Below are positions 40,507 through 50,018 of a stretch of 64,000 bases of DNA, one piece after another (within the stretch, counting starts at the first letter, position 1; each line of letters begins with the position of its first letter). The notes beneath the pieces are model-generated. The model made no database searches. It worked only from the letters and a program-made list of their open reading frames with translations, and was not told where the DNA came from. This DNA comes from a candidate division FCPU426 bacterium (GTDB lineage Bacteria; Oederibacteriota; Muellerivitia; Muellerivitales; Muellerivitaceae), in contig CAVTWJ010000022.1 of NCBI GenBank assembly GCA_963738405.1, positions 153,717 through 217,716 on the forward strand. Direction: 5' to 3'. The position numbers and the translations under genes are program-made.

Positions 40507-42306
40507 TTAAAGATTTTTAGTGATGTATTGGAAAAGGGCCTGGGCCGCTTCCTCGGGACCGTTGGATTCAAACCCGGCGATTCCCAGCCGGGTGCGAAGT
40601 TGTCCCACCTTCATGCCTGAATCCATGAGTGTTTGGATATATTTTTCCGCCAGGGCTTCATGCTGTTTCTTTTTTTGGGGCGCGCCGAAAGGATTGGCGA
40701 AATAGGTGTGTACCAAACCCTTCTCATCGGTGGTTCCCTTGGCCAAACGGGCGCCGCTGGAAAACACCTCATTGATTTCCTTGGCGTCGGTCATAATTTG
40801 CAAAATGGGATGATCTTCATCCACATTGTCGTAATTGTTGGCATAGAGGAACATATCCACCGGGTACCCCGCGATCACATGGCGGTATTCGGTGATGGGC
40901 ATCACCAAACGGGCGTTGCCCATATGAGGATTCATAAACACCGACCGATCGATTTCAAAGTAGGCATATCCCGGGGTCAGGTCATCCAGACGGACGAAGG
41001 CGCCGATCTCAGTGCCGTTGCCCACCACCCTGCCCTGGGCGTTCATCTGCAATGATCCCATGTCATCGAAGATCACCGTCAATTGACGGATATACTTTTT
41101 TGCCAAAACACGGAAGGCCTCCAAGGATTCGCTCTTCCCCGCGCCCGAATCCCCCACAATCACCACATGGGCACTCTTCCCCGATTTCAACTCAATCTTG
41201 GCCATGGCCCCGTGGATCGGTAAATTTCCCCGTTCGATCATGATTAAATTGTGGATCGTCAGAGCCGTTTTCTTGAAATAGCCGAAATAATCAACCTCAT
41301 TGGGTTTATAGGCTACGGCTCCCACCACAATGTGATTCTCGTTGTCTTCAAAATAACCCACCAATTGGTCGTTCATCAAATCAGGCTCGACACCGAAAAG
41401 AACGATGCCGTCGGGTTTGCGGGTGGCGATCTCATCGGCATTTACCAATTCGAAAAGGTTGGAGAGACCCGCGGCGTGGGAAACGAAGTCTTTATGGAAA
41501 TAAATGAAAACCACTAGAGTCCCAATCCTGGCCGGGAAACAAAGCCAGCGGGAAGGATCCAACTGCAGGGTATCCAACGGGTTCTGGGGCAGGGGGTTAA
41601 ACTTGCCTTTTCGTTTGTTACTCTTGGTGTAATAAATAAGAGGGGGATAGATCAAGGACAGGCGGATAAAGGGAATATTCTTTAACTTTTGGTAAATCTC
41701 CGCCGGAGCTTTCCAATCAATCTTTTCGGCCAAGAGCGCCATTCCCATGCCTGCCGGAACCTGGCGATAGACTTTGAACCAGTCGCCCATCACGTGAGCG
41801 CAGATCACCCGGTAAGTATTCAATACTAAAATTTTGAACTGCTCGTTCGCCATGATAAATACTTGGTTGTAAGCCTTCAGGTCGATACCGCCGTCATCCA
41901 CATCTCGGTCGTAAATCACGAACCTTTCGCGCTTGCGCCAATAGGTGTAAAGCTCTTCTATAAAATCCTTAAGAACGACCCGGTCAATTCCGGTAAGAAC
42001 CTTATCGATTTCATCTTTATAAAGGAGGCTTTTAAAAAGGCCTGCGATTTGCTGTGAGTCGTAACTAGCCGGGGTTTGGAAAGCCTTGACGCAGGAGAGG
42101 AGAGGCGAATCCTGGTCGGTCATTTCCTTAATAAAACGCTTGAGAATCTTCTGGAAACCGTCGCTGGAAAGTAGATCTTCGGAGGTTTTACAAAGACCGG
42201 GATGTCCATAAAGGATGACCCGGTTATTCATGTATTCGTTGATTTCGGTTACCGGATTTGGATTTCCAGGGATATCGCTTAGGGAAATTTCGGTTTCTTT
42301 TTTCAT
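40507..42306 (-). CDS. PEP carboxykinase/HprK-like P-loop protein
   Basis: YFGYFKK, PIHGAM, IVGDSGAGKSE and IFDD, in the order of PEPCK metal and kinase motifs. Confidence 0.6.
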   Translation of the reverse strand: MKKETEISLSDIPGNPNPVTEINEYMNNRVILYGHPGLCKTSEDLLSSDGFQKILKRFIKEMTDQDSPLLSCVKAFQTPASYDSQQIAGLFKSLLYKDEIDKVLTGIDRVVLKDFIEELYTYWRKRERFVIYDRDVDDGGIDLKAYNQVFIMANEQFKILVLNTYRVICAHVMGDWFKVYRQVPAGMGMALLAEKIDWKAPAEIYQKLKNIPFIRLSLIYPPLIYYTKSNKRKGKFNPLPQNPLDTLQLDPSRWLCFPARIGTLVVFIYFHKDFVSHAAGLSNLFELVNADEIATRKPDGIVLFGVEPDLMNDQLVGYFEDNENHIVVGAVAYKPNEVDYFGYFKKTALTIHNLIMIERGNLPIHGAMAKIELKSGKSAHVVIVGDSGAGKSESLEAFRVLAKKYIRQLTVIFDDMGSLQMNAQGRVVGNGTEIGAFVRLDDLTPGYAYFEIDRSVFMNPHMGNARLVMPITEYRHVIAGYPVDMFLYANNYDNVDEDHPILQIMTDAKEINEVFSSGARLAKGTTDEKGLVHTYFANPFGAPQKKKQHEALAEKYIQTLMDSGMKVGQLRTRLGIAGFESNGPEEAAQALFQYITKNL

Positions 42307-42442
42307 TCGTTTTTCCTCACGGTAATTAACCGCTCACAAAAAAATTAAAAAGGCGGGCCGATTAAAGGGATGACAGTCGTTAAGGATGGCAATGAATGGC
42401 CATACCGCAAACAAGCCGGAATGAATGAGGCTTGTAAAAATA

Positions 42443-42517
42443 TGGAGCGGGAGACCGGATTCGAACCGGCGACGTCCACCTTGGAAGGGTGGCATTCTAC
42501 CACTGAATTACTCCCGC
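42443..42517 (-). tRNA. tRNA-Gly (TCC)
   Basis: GCGGGAG...CTTCCAA...GGTTCGAATCC...CTCCCGCTCCA. Confidence 0.95.
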
Positions 42518-42564
42518 CCATGACGTTCATTATCCCCCAAATCCTCCGGGGAAAGGGTTCAAAA

Positions 42565-42651
42565 TGGTGGACAGGGAAGGATTCGAACCTTCGAAGGCCG
42601 TCGGCCGGCAGATTTACAGTCTGCTCCCATTGACCACTCGGGCACCTGTCC
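42565..42651 (-). tRNA. tRNA-Tyr (GTA)
   Basis: 87 nt with long variable arm, CTGTAAA loop, CCA end. Confidence 0.95.
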
Positions 42652-42781
42652 AATAAAACCCAAACGTTCCTCGGTTGAGGCGAATGATTTTCTATGAGCG
42701 CCGAACCCATGTCAATCAAAGTTTATTGGTGAATTGGAGGAGAAAAGGTATCTTAGAGCCAATTTCAGAGGGGAGGGTGTT

Positions 42782-43549
42782 ATGAAAAAGCATTTCTGGA
42801 TTCTCATCATTGCAATCACCCTGCCAGCTTTAGCCCAAACTCCCAATCCAACACCCAATAGCGTTTCGGCGAGTGTTTCGGACCTTTCCGCCGTTCCTGA
42901 CTCGGCTTACCAATGGGAAAAAACGTCCGAAAGCGATGGAATCGAAATTTATACCAGCAAAGTCCACGGCACGGATATTTTGGCCCTTCGGGGGGAGGGT
43001 TTGGTTGAAGCCCCGCTTGAAAAGGTGGCGTCGGTCATTATTGATACCACCCGCGGGACCGAGTGGATCGACAGCCTGGTTGAATCGAAAGTCCTTCACA
43101 ATCTGGGCCCCTACGCCTTCACCGAATATGACCATATGGGGATTCCCTTCCCCTTCGATCAATTCATTTCCGACAGGGATTTTGTATCCCATGTTTCTTT
43201 AACCACCGACCCTTTGCACCGCCACATTATGGTGAAATACACCCCTGTCCTGGACCCCTCGGCGCCGCCGGTTAAAAATCATGTTCGGGGAACTATGACC
43301 TGCTCGTTCGATATCCAAACATCCGAATGCGCTGACGAATCGTTCGTGGTCGCGGAAATTCATTGCGACCCGGGGCAAATTGTGGCCTGGCTGGTGAATT
43401 GGTTCCAAGGCGGTTGGCCGGAAACCACCTTTGAAAGCTTAAGAAAAGAAGTCTCCAAACCCGACATTCGGACGTTGCCCGTAGTTTTAAATCTCTTAGA
43501 ATTAACCCAAGACCCTTCAATCTCAATGCCCACGCCCAATAAGGAATAA
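42782..43549 (+). CDS. Secreted START/SRPBCC-domain lipid-binding protein
   Basis: Signal peptide MKKHFWILII...ALA; WEKTSESDGIEIY, PFPF..SDRDFV, HCDPG. Confidence 0.7.
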   Translation: MKKHFWILIIAITLPALAQTPNPTPNSVSASVSDLSAVPDSAYQWEKTSESDGIEIYTSKVHGTDILALRGEGLVEAPLEKVASVIIDTTRGTEWIDSLVESKVLHNLGPYAFTEYDHMGIPFPFDQFISDRDFVSHVSLTTDPLHRHIMVKYTPVLDPSAPPVKNHVRGTMTCSFDIQTSECADESFVVAEIHCDPGQIVAWLVNWFQGGWPETTFESLRKEVSKPDIRTLPVVLNLLELTQDPSISMPTPNKE

Positions 43550-43572
43550 TCTATCTCGAACCCCTCAGAGAC

Positions 43573-44724
43573 TTGATGAATTCCCCATCCAAAACCCACA
43601 GCCCTGTGGTTAAAAAATGGCAGATCATCGACCTTGTTCGAACCGGTTGCATCATCTCCGCCATGAGCGTCCACATCTATTCCAATGTCGCTTTCGGAAA
43701 TCCTTGGGTTTGTTGGCTCTGGGGCCGGTTTTGCGTCAACGGTATTTATGGGGTTTATGTTTTTTTTATTGTCTCGGGATTCCTGATCACCCATGTGATC
43801 GCGTGCGGTAATCAAAGCATCTTCCAGCCAGGTCTTGCGCGGTTTTACCTCCAGCGCATTGGACGCATTTGGCCTCTTTATTTTCTTTGTTTGATTTTCG
43901 GGGGTGTTATTTTTATTTTCATCCCGGCGCCATCGCCCCTTTTCACCTTTTGCTTTAACCCCTTAGGCAAACAGGACCTATGGTTTTGGCTGTCTTTGCC
44001 GACCTTCCTATTCAATTGGCTTTTGGTTTTTCGGCCCACTTGGGACTATAGGCCCTATTGGATGATTTTATGGAGCCTCTCGATCGAGGAGCAATTTTAT
44101 CTCTTGTACCCTCTCGTCTTGCGGATGGTTAAAAACCTTAAAAATTTTATTTGGTTTCTTGGGTTGGTCATTTTGACCGCCATCAGTTGGAGGATTTTTT
44201 TCTACCTCCACCCGGCTCCAAACGACTTCATTCAAGGCTACGCTTCGCTGGCCAAATTCGACCTGATTGCCTGGGGCATTCTGTTTTATCTAGCCGTTCA
44301 AAAATTCGGCCCCTTTCTTTTAAAACACCCAAGGATCAACTTTTGTTTTTTTCTCGCCGGGCTCCTGATCCTGACCGTGACTTATTTCGGCACGCGCGAG
44401 AACAACGCTTGGGACGAAATTTTTGTTTCGGAAGCGCTGGCTCTGGGGGCGGGTTGCTTAATACTGGGGGGGCTGCACATACGCTTTTTAGAATCGAAAG
44501 GCCTTAAACTCTTAAGCTTTCCCGGGAAATACTGTTTCGGCTGCTACCTGCTGCATCCCACGGTTCTTTATTTCGTTCGTCCCTGGATGGATCGCGTGAA
44601 TATCTTTTTAGGGTTTTTCCTCTTTATTATCCTCATCACCCTGGTCGCGGCCTTTTCCTACCATTTCTTTGAACTTCCAGCCAACCGGCTCATTCGCAAA
44701 ACCTTCGGACTTCAACATCCTTAA
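43573..44724 (+). CDS. Acyltransferase family 3 (OafA-like)
   Basis: IDLVR, GVYVFFIVSGFLIT, RIGRIWP, WSLSIEEQFY, YLLH, SYHFFE. Confidence 0.9.
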   Translation: MMNSPSKTHSPVVKKWQIIDLVRTGCIISAMSVHIYSNVAFGNPWVCWLWGRFCVNGIYGVYVFFIVSGFLITHVIACGNQSIFQPGLARFYLQRIGRIWPLYFLCLIFGGVIFIFIPAPSPLFTFCFNPLGKQDLWFWLSLPTFLFNWLLVFRPTWDYRPYWMILWSLSIEEQFYLLYPLVLRMVKNLKNFIWFLGLVILTAISWRIFFYLHPAPNDFIQGYASLAKFDLIAWGILFYLAVQKFGPFLLKHPRINFCFFLAGLLILTVTYFGTRENNAWDEIFVSEALALGAGCLILGGLHIRFLESKGLKLLSFPGKYCFGCYLLHPTVLYFVRPWMDRVNIFLGFFLFIILITLVAAFSYHFFELPANRLIRKTFGLQHP

Positions 44725-44784
44725 TTTAAAATTCACCGGTTGAATCGCAGGAAATGAAAGACGAGCCAATGAAGAGAAGAAAAA

Positions 44785-44860
44785 TGGAGCTGGCGACCGG
44801 AATCGGACCGGTGACCTGCCGCTTACAAGGCGGCTGCTCTACCAACTGAGCTACGCCAGC
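44785..44860 (-). tRNA. tRNA-Thr (TGT)
   Basis: 76-nt cloverleaf, CTTGTAA loop, CCA end; T-loop reads TCCGATT. Confidence 0.93.
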
Positions 44861-44897
44861 GTCTCTAAACTCTCTGCGGGGATTGAACCGACGGCGG

Positions 44898-44926
44898 ATT
44901 ATAAAAACCGGCACCTGCTCCGTCAA
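44898..44926 (-). promoter_or_regulatory. Sigma70 promoter for tRNA-Thr(TGT)
   Basis: Minus strand TTGACG-17 nt-TATAAT. Confidence 0.75.
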
Positions 44927-44940
44927 CACCGCTTCCTAGT

Positions 44941-45951
44941 TTACCATCGAAAACCGCCGCCTTTGTCGTTTCCCAAAGACCCTTCCCCCTCATCCAACGA
45001 CTGGGAGTCTAACTTCTCAGCAGGCCCCTCAATCGGCGTTTCAAGAGCCGAGTCAGGGCCTGGACGAAAAAAGTCCCTTTCGGGGGGGGCATAAATTTCT
45101 GGTGGAGTGCTGACGATCATGGGGTTGGGCGGCGTCGGGACATAGGCGGGTGACGACAGGTAACCCTGATTCGAGGGGATCGGGACCTGATGCGAATTAT
45201 TTGTGGTTCTCTGACTCCAATTGCGCTGGCGGGCCACTTCAAAAAGGAGAAGGGCCGCCGCGACCGAGGCATTGAGGGAGGACATCTTTCCCGCCATGGG
45301 AATCTTCACCAATTCATCGCAATTTTCAGACACCAGCCGCCTTAAGCCCCTTCCCTCGTTGCCGATGACAATCGCCACCGGGCTTTTGTAATCGTACTCA
45401 TAAAAAGGCTTGGTGGCGTCGCCGTCGGTGCCCACGACCCAAACATTGGCTTCTTTTAGCTCGCGAATGGTTTCATTTAAATTGGTTACCTTGACGGTGG
45501 GAATATGCTCGGCCGCTCCGGCAGAGGCTTTCAACACGGTGGAATTGACCTCCACCGCCCGATTCTTGGGAATTACCGCCCCGTGGGCCCCCGCCGCGTC
45601 GGCGCTTCGAAGGATGGCACCCAGGTTATGGGGATCCTCTATTTCATCCAATAATAGAATGAAGGGGTTTTCTTTTTTCTTTCGTGCGATATCCAAAACA
45701 TCCTGCAGGGAAGCATAGTGGAAATCTTCTACCATAGCCAAAACGCCCTGGTGTTTGTCGGTTCCGGCCAGCGTATCCAGCCGGTGGCGGGTTTCAATGG
45801 TGATGGGGATACCCTTAGCCTTGGCATGAGCCTCAATCTGGTTGAGAACCCCATCCCGGGATCCCTGCATCAGGATCACCCGGTTGACCCCCCGGCTTCC
45901 GGACCGGAGCGCCTCCAAAACCGGGTTGCGGCCGTAGATTTTTTCGCTCAT
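44941..45951 (-). CDS. rlmB: 23S rRNA Gm2251 methyltransferase with C-terminal extension
   Basis: IYGRNPVLEAL, HQGV, EDPHNLGAILRSA, GNEGRG, SLNASVA. Confidence 0.92.
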   Translation of the reverse strand: MSEKIYGRNPVLEALRSGSRGVNRVILMQGSRDGVLNQIEAHAKAKGIPITIETRHRLDTLAGTDKHQGVLAMVEDFHYASLQDVLDIARKKKENPFILLLDEIEDPHNLGAILRSADAAGAHGAVIPKNRAVEVNSTVLKASAGAAEHIPTVKVTNLNETIRELKEANVWVVGTDGDATKPFYEYDYKSPVAIVIGNEGRGLRRLVSENCDELVKIPMAGKMSSLNASVAAALLLFEVARQRNWSQRTTNNSHQVPIPSNQGYLSSPAYVPTPPNPMIVSTPPEIYAPPERDFFRPGPDSALETPIEGPAEKLDSQSLDEGEGSLGNDKGGGFRW

Positions 45952-45979
45952 GAGAAACCAACCTTGATGAGGTATTTAA

Positions 45980-47410
45980 TTATTTTTTGGTCAATATCCT
46001 GAACTTGCCGCCCTGAACATCCTCGATGGTAAATCCCATTTGAAAAACCTTGTCGCGGATCTCGTCCGCTTCCTTGTAGCGTTTTTCTTGTTTCATTTTA
46101 ACTCTCGTTTGAGCCAGTTCCTCCACCTCAGGGGGTATGACGAGGGTTTGGGTGGAAACGATCCCCAGCAAACCGCCCAATTGGTTCAATTTCGCGGAGC
46201 TTTCACCAATAAGACTTTTCGCTCCCGCAGTCATGTGGGAGGATTGGCTCAAGACCCGACGGGTTTCCCTGGCCAAATCGAAGAGAACCGCCATGGCACG
46301 GGGCGTGTTGAAATCGTCGTCCATTGCTTCTTTGAACTTTTCCTCAACCTCATCCACCGATAACCGCAGACCCAATAGGTCCTGTGGATCTCCCCCGTCG
46401 GCAATCGCAAGGGCTTCCTGAACCCTCTGAAAAGTTTGATTAAACTCATCCAATCCCCTTCCGCAGGCTTCCAGGGTTTCCCGATCATAATTAAGCCCGC
46501 TTCGGTAATGGGCGCTGAGGAAAAAGTAACGCAAGACCTCCGGTTTAAACTCAGAAAGAGCGTCCTTGGCTTTCCAGATATTCCCCAGGGATTTGCTCAT
46601 CTTTTGGCCCGAGATTTCAATAAAACCGTTATGGAGCCAATATTTCACATAGGGTTTTTCGGTGGCGGCTTCGCATTGTGCGATCTCGTTTTCGTGATGG
46701 GGGAAGATCAGGTCCACCCCTCCGCCGTGGATATCGATGGAATCACCTAAGTGTTTTCGCACCATCGCCGAACATTCGATATGCCATCCGGGCCTTCCCT
46801 TGCCCCAAGGCGAGTCCCATTGGGGTTCGCCGGGTTTGCTGGCCTTCCAAAGCACGAAATCGGTGGGGTGTTTCTTGCTTTCGTTCTTCTCAACCCGGGC
46901 GCCTTCCATGATTTCTTCCAGCTTCTTGCCCGAAAGGCTGCCATAAGGCTTGAAAGTCGTGGAGTCGTAAAGAACATCCTGTCCTAAATCGGTGGAAGGA
47001 ACCGGATAAGCGTGTTCCTTTTCCACAAGCCCTGAAATTAAGCCGATCATTTCCTGAATATGGTCCGTGGCCTTCGGATGAACATCCGCCTTTTGAACAT
47101 CCAATTTTTCCATCACCTCAAAAAAAGCCTTAGTATTCGTTTCCGCCACTTCCTTGGCATCCCGCTTTTCATCGATGGAAATCTTTATGATCTTGTCGTC
47201 AATATCCGTAATATTCACCACATAGGTCACCTGATAGCCCAAATAAACCAAGTATTTTCGTATGACGTCAAAATTAACCTGGGAGCGGGCGTTGCCGATG
47301 TGGATATCGCCGTACACCGTGGGGCCGCAAACGTACATTTTCACCTTGAGAGGATTTAACGGAAGGAAATCTTCTTTTTTCCCGGAAAGGGTGTTGGTGA
47401 CTTTAAGCAA
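45980..47410 (-). CDS. cysS: Cysteine--tRNA ligase
   Basis: YVCGPTVY..HIGN, GRPGWHIECS, FPHHENE, KMSKS. Start set at TTG after GAGG. Confidence 0.96.
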   Translation of the reverse strand: MLKVTNTLSGKKEDFLPLNPLKVKMYVCGPTVYGDIHIGNARSQVNFDVIRKYLVYLGYQVTYVVNITDIDDKIIKISIDEKRDAKEVAETNTKAFFEVMEKLDVQKADVHPKATDHIQEMIGLISGLVEKEHAYPVPSTDLGQDVLYDSTTFKPYGSLSGKKLEEIMEGARVEKNESKKHPTDFVLWKASKPGEPQWDSPWGKGRPGWHIECSAMVRKHLGDSIDIHGGGVDLIFPHHENEIAQCEAATEKPYVKYWLHNGFIEISGQKMSKSLGNIWKAKDALSEFKPEVLRYFFLSAHYRSGLNYDRETLEACGRGLDEFNQTFQRVQEALAIADGGDPQDLLGLRLSVDEVEEKFKEAMDDDFNTPRAMAVLFDLARETRRVLSQSSHMTAGAKSLIGESSAKLNQLGGLLGIVSTQTLVIPPEVEELAQTRVKMKQEKRYKEADEIRDKVFQMGFTIEDVQGGKFRILTKK

Positions 47411-47429
47411 AAAAAACCTCAAAAATAAA

Positions 47430-47465
47430 TTGAACCACAGAGTACACAGAGTTACGCAGAGTAAA
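47430..47465 (+). repeat. Left arm of the inverted repeat flanking the GxxExxY gene (tandem ~10-mers)
   Basis: TTGAACCACAGAG-TACACAGAG-TTACGCAGAG-TAAA. Confidence 0.92.
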
Positions 47466-47864
47466 TCAAAGAATAATTCTTTTTATTCCTTTTTTCATCG
47501 AACCAACATTGAAATTAAGCAAGAGTCCAACATGACACCCGGTGAGTTTCAAATAGGTCATGATTTGGGCCTCGTGTATGGGAAGGATTAACTCAACAGC
47601 TTTCAGTTCAACAATTAGGCATTCTTCAACCAAAAGATCAATCCTGAACCCGATTTCCAATTGAGCGTTTTTATAAATAACAGGAATTGGTACCTGTTTT
47701 TCTACTTTCAAGCCTCTTTCAGAGAGCTCATGAGCAAGGGCATATTCATAGACATTTTCTAATAAACCAGGCCCTAACGCGCTATGAACATCTAAGGCTG
47801 CATCTACTACTTCACCGGACACTTTGTTTAATTCATCCAAGGAAACAATCTGAATTTTCGTCAT
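47466..47864 (-). CDS. GxxExxY protein (PD-(D/E)XK nuclease-like)
   Basis: HSALGPGLLENVYE (GxxExxY), RIDLLVE..IVELKA, QIMTYLK, GLLLNF. Confidence 0.92.
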   Translation of the reverse strand: MTKIQIVSLDELNKVSGEVVDAALDVHSALGPGLLENVYEYALAHELSERGLKVEKQVPIPVIYKNAQLEIGFRIDLLVEECLIVELKAVELILPIHEAQIMTYLKLTGCHVGLLLNFNVGSMKKGIKRIIL

Positions 47865-47866
47865 AT

Positions 47867-47903
47867 TTTACTCTGTGTAACTCTGTGTAACTCTGTGGTT
47901 CAA
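47867..47903 (-). repeat. Right arm of the inverted repeat flanking the GxxExxY gene
   Basis: TTTA-CTCTGTGTAA-CTCTGTGTAA-CTCTGTGGTTCAA; its reverse complement matches the left arm with 1 gap and 1 mismatch. Confidence 0.92.
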
Positions 47904-48535
47904 GATTTTGTTCTCTTCTTTGCCCGCGGAACGTATGAACCTGAATAACGGGCCAATTCCTTTTCAAGGTGTTCCAATCGCTTCACAAGGGGATCGGGCA
48001 GTTTGTTATGGTCCAACTCGCCCGCCAAGTCCTTTCGACCCCTGAGACGGACAATGCGCCCGGGCACGCCTACCACAGTGGAATAGGGGGGAACATCGGT
48101 CAAGACCACCGAGTTCGCGCCGACCTTGGAATATTCTCCAATAATGATGTTACCGAGGACTTTCGCGCCCGTAGCCACCACCACATGGTCCTTCAAGGTA
48201 GGGTGCCGCTTGCCCTTTTCCTTACCCGTTCCGCCCAAGGTCACCTGTTGGAACAGAGTCACATTGTCCCCTATTTCACAAGTTTCGCCGATGACTGTTC
48301 CCATTCCATGATCGATAAAAAAATACTTTCCGATTTGGGCGCCGGGATGGATCTCAATGCCCGTCAGAGAACGGGAAATCTGGGATATAAGCCTAGGGAA
48401 AAAGGGTATTTTCATCTTCCACAGAGCGTGGGCAATGCGGTGGTAAAACATGGCGTAAACGCAGGGGTAGAGGAGCAATTCCCACCACCGGGCCGCCGGG
48501 TCCCTATCCAAGATAGATTTAAAATACTGAAACAT
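47900..48535 (-). CDS. cysE: Serine O-acetyltransferase
   Basis: [36 protein letters not shown]. Confidence 0.95.
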   Translation of the reverse strand: MFQYFKSILDRDPAARWWELLLYPCVYAMFYHRIAHALWKMKIPFFPRLISQISRSLTGIEIHPGAQIGKYFFIDHGMGTVIGETCEIGDNVTLFQQVTLGGTGKEKGKRHPTLKDHVVVATGAKVLGNIIIGEYSKVGANSVVLTDVPPYSTVVGVPGRIVRLRGRKDLAGELDHNKLPDPLVKRLEHLEKELARYSGSYVPRAKKRTKS

Positions 48536-48555
48536 AATGGGGCCTCAAAAGAAGA

Positions 48556-50016
48556 TTACTTCACTTCCCCGATTGTCCAAACAGCAATCCGCTCGACCAC
48601 CTTGGATTGTCCTAATAGGGGACCAATCTTTACCAATTCAGGTCCATCCTCCCGGCCCGTCAGGGCTAATCTTAAAGGATGATACAGGGCTTTACCCTTG
48701 ATATTGCCTTGTTTCCCAACTTCCTTCACGATTTTCAGGAAATTCTCACCGTTAAAATCACCGGAAAATTCTTTAAAAACCTTCTCGAAAACTTCCATGA
48801 CAGGTTTGAGTGTTTTCATTTCCTCGGTGTGGCCGGGATCAAAGTGAAGCTCGTCCGAAAAGAAAAAATAGGTTTCTTTCACGATGTCGGAGAAACAACC
48901 CAGGCTGGTCCGAACCGTGCCCACCACAGCCTTCAGCCAGTCGAATTTCTCGCGGGCCTGTTCCCGGGTGATGTATTGGGCATCGATTAAATAAGGAAGA
49001 AGGGCCCGGGTTAAATCGTCCAAACTATATTTCTGTTCGGTAAGATATTGCATTCCCATCCAATGAAGTTTCACGGGGTCAAAAATCGCCCCGCTTTTCC
49101 CCACGTGGGTCAAATCAAACTCGGCCGCCATTTGCTCCAAAGAGAGGATCTCCCCACTCTTGGGCGCCCAACCCAGCAGAGCCAGATAGTTCAGAAAAGC
49201 TTCAGGCAGGTAGCCCTTCGCTTTGTAGCTTTCCACGCTGGTCTCGCCGTGGCGCTTGGAAAGCTTTTGGCCGTCGGCCCCCTTGATAATGGAAAGATGC
49301 GCGAACTTGGGGGTCATGAACCCCAAGGCTTGGTAAAGAAGAACCTGCTTGGGAGTATTGGACAGGTGGTCCTCGCCTCGAATCACATGGGTGACCTCCA
49401 TGAGGGCGTCATCCACTACTACCGTAAAGTTATAGGTGGGGCTTTTATCCGAGCGGGTCAATACGAAATCACCGATCTGGTCGTCGGGGAAACGCACCTC
49501 GCCCCGCACCTCGTCTTGGACCAAAATTTCGCCCGGCGGCACAATGAACCTCAAAACCGATGGCATTCCCTTCGCGTCCAGTTGTTTGATTTCTTCCGAC
49601 GAGAGTTTTTTGCACTTCCCGCCGTATTTGGGCATATGGCCCCGGCCTAGCTGGCGCTTGCGTTCAAGTTCTAGCTCTTCCTCGGTGCAATAGCAGGGGT
49701 AAACCTTGTTCGAATTCTTTAACTTTTGCAGGTAACCATCGTAAAGCGCGGTTCGTTCGGATTGTTTATAGGGAGCGTGGGGGCCGCCCACCCTGGGACC
49801 CTCGTCCCATTTCAGGCCCAGCCAGCCCATAATATCCAACAGGTTTTCACAGGCCAGATCGGTGGAACGGACCTTGTCCGTATCCTCAACCCGAAGGATG
49901 AAAACGCCGCCCGTATGCCGGGCATAGAGCCAATTGTAAAGGGCCGTGCGCACATTCCCCAAGTGCAGGTCCCCGGTGGGGCTGGGCGCGAAACGGACTC
50001 TGACCTTATCAGACAT
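48556..50016 (-). CDS. gltX: Glutamate--tRNA ligase
   Basis: RFAPSPTG.LHLG, RVEDTD, HVIRGEDH, KLSKR. Confidence 0.96.
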   Translation of the reverse strand: MSDKVRVRFAPSPTGDLHLGNVRTALYNWLYARHTGGVFILRVEDTDKVRSTDLACENLLDIMGWLGLKWDEGPRVGGPHAPYKQSERTALYDGYLQKLKNSNKVYPCYCTEEELELERKRQLGRGHMPKYGGKCKKLSSEEIKQLDAKGMPSVLRFIVPPGEILVQDEVRGEVRFPDDQIGDFVLTRSDKSPTYNFTVVVDDALMEVTHVIRGEDHLSNTPKQVLLYQALGFMTPKFAHLSIIKGADGQKLSKRHGETSVESYKAKGYLPEAFLNYLALLGWAPKSGEILSLEQMAAEFDLTHVGKSGAIFDPVKLHWMGMQYLTEQKYSLDDLTRALLPYLIDAQYITREQAREKFDWLKAVVGTVRTSLGCFSDIVKETYFFFSDELHFDPGHTEEMKTLKPVMEVFEKVFKEFSGDFNGENFLKIVKEVGKQGNIKGKALYHPLRLALTGREDGPELVKIGPLLGQSKVVERIAVWTIGEVK

Positions 50017-50018
50017 GG

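Noticed and set aside
47430..47903. Tandem repeats as a CRISPR array
   Set aside because: Units are ~10 bp, contiguous, without spacers, and there are no cas genes in the window.
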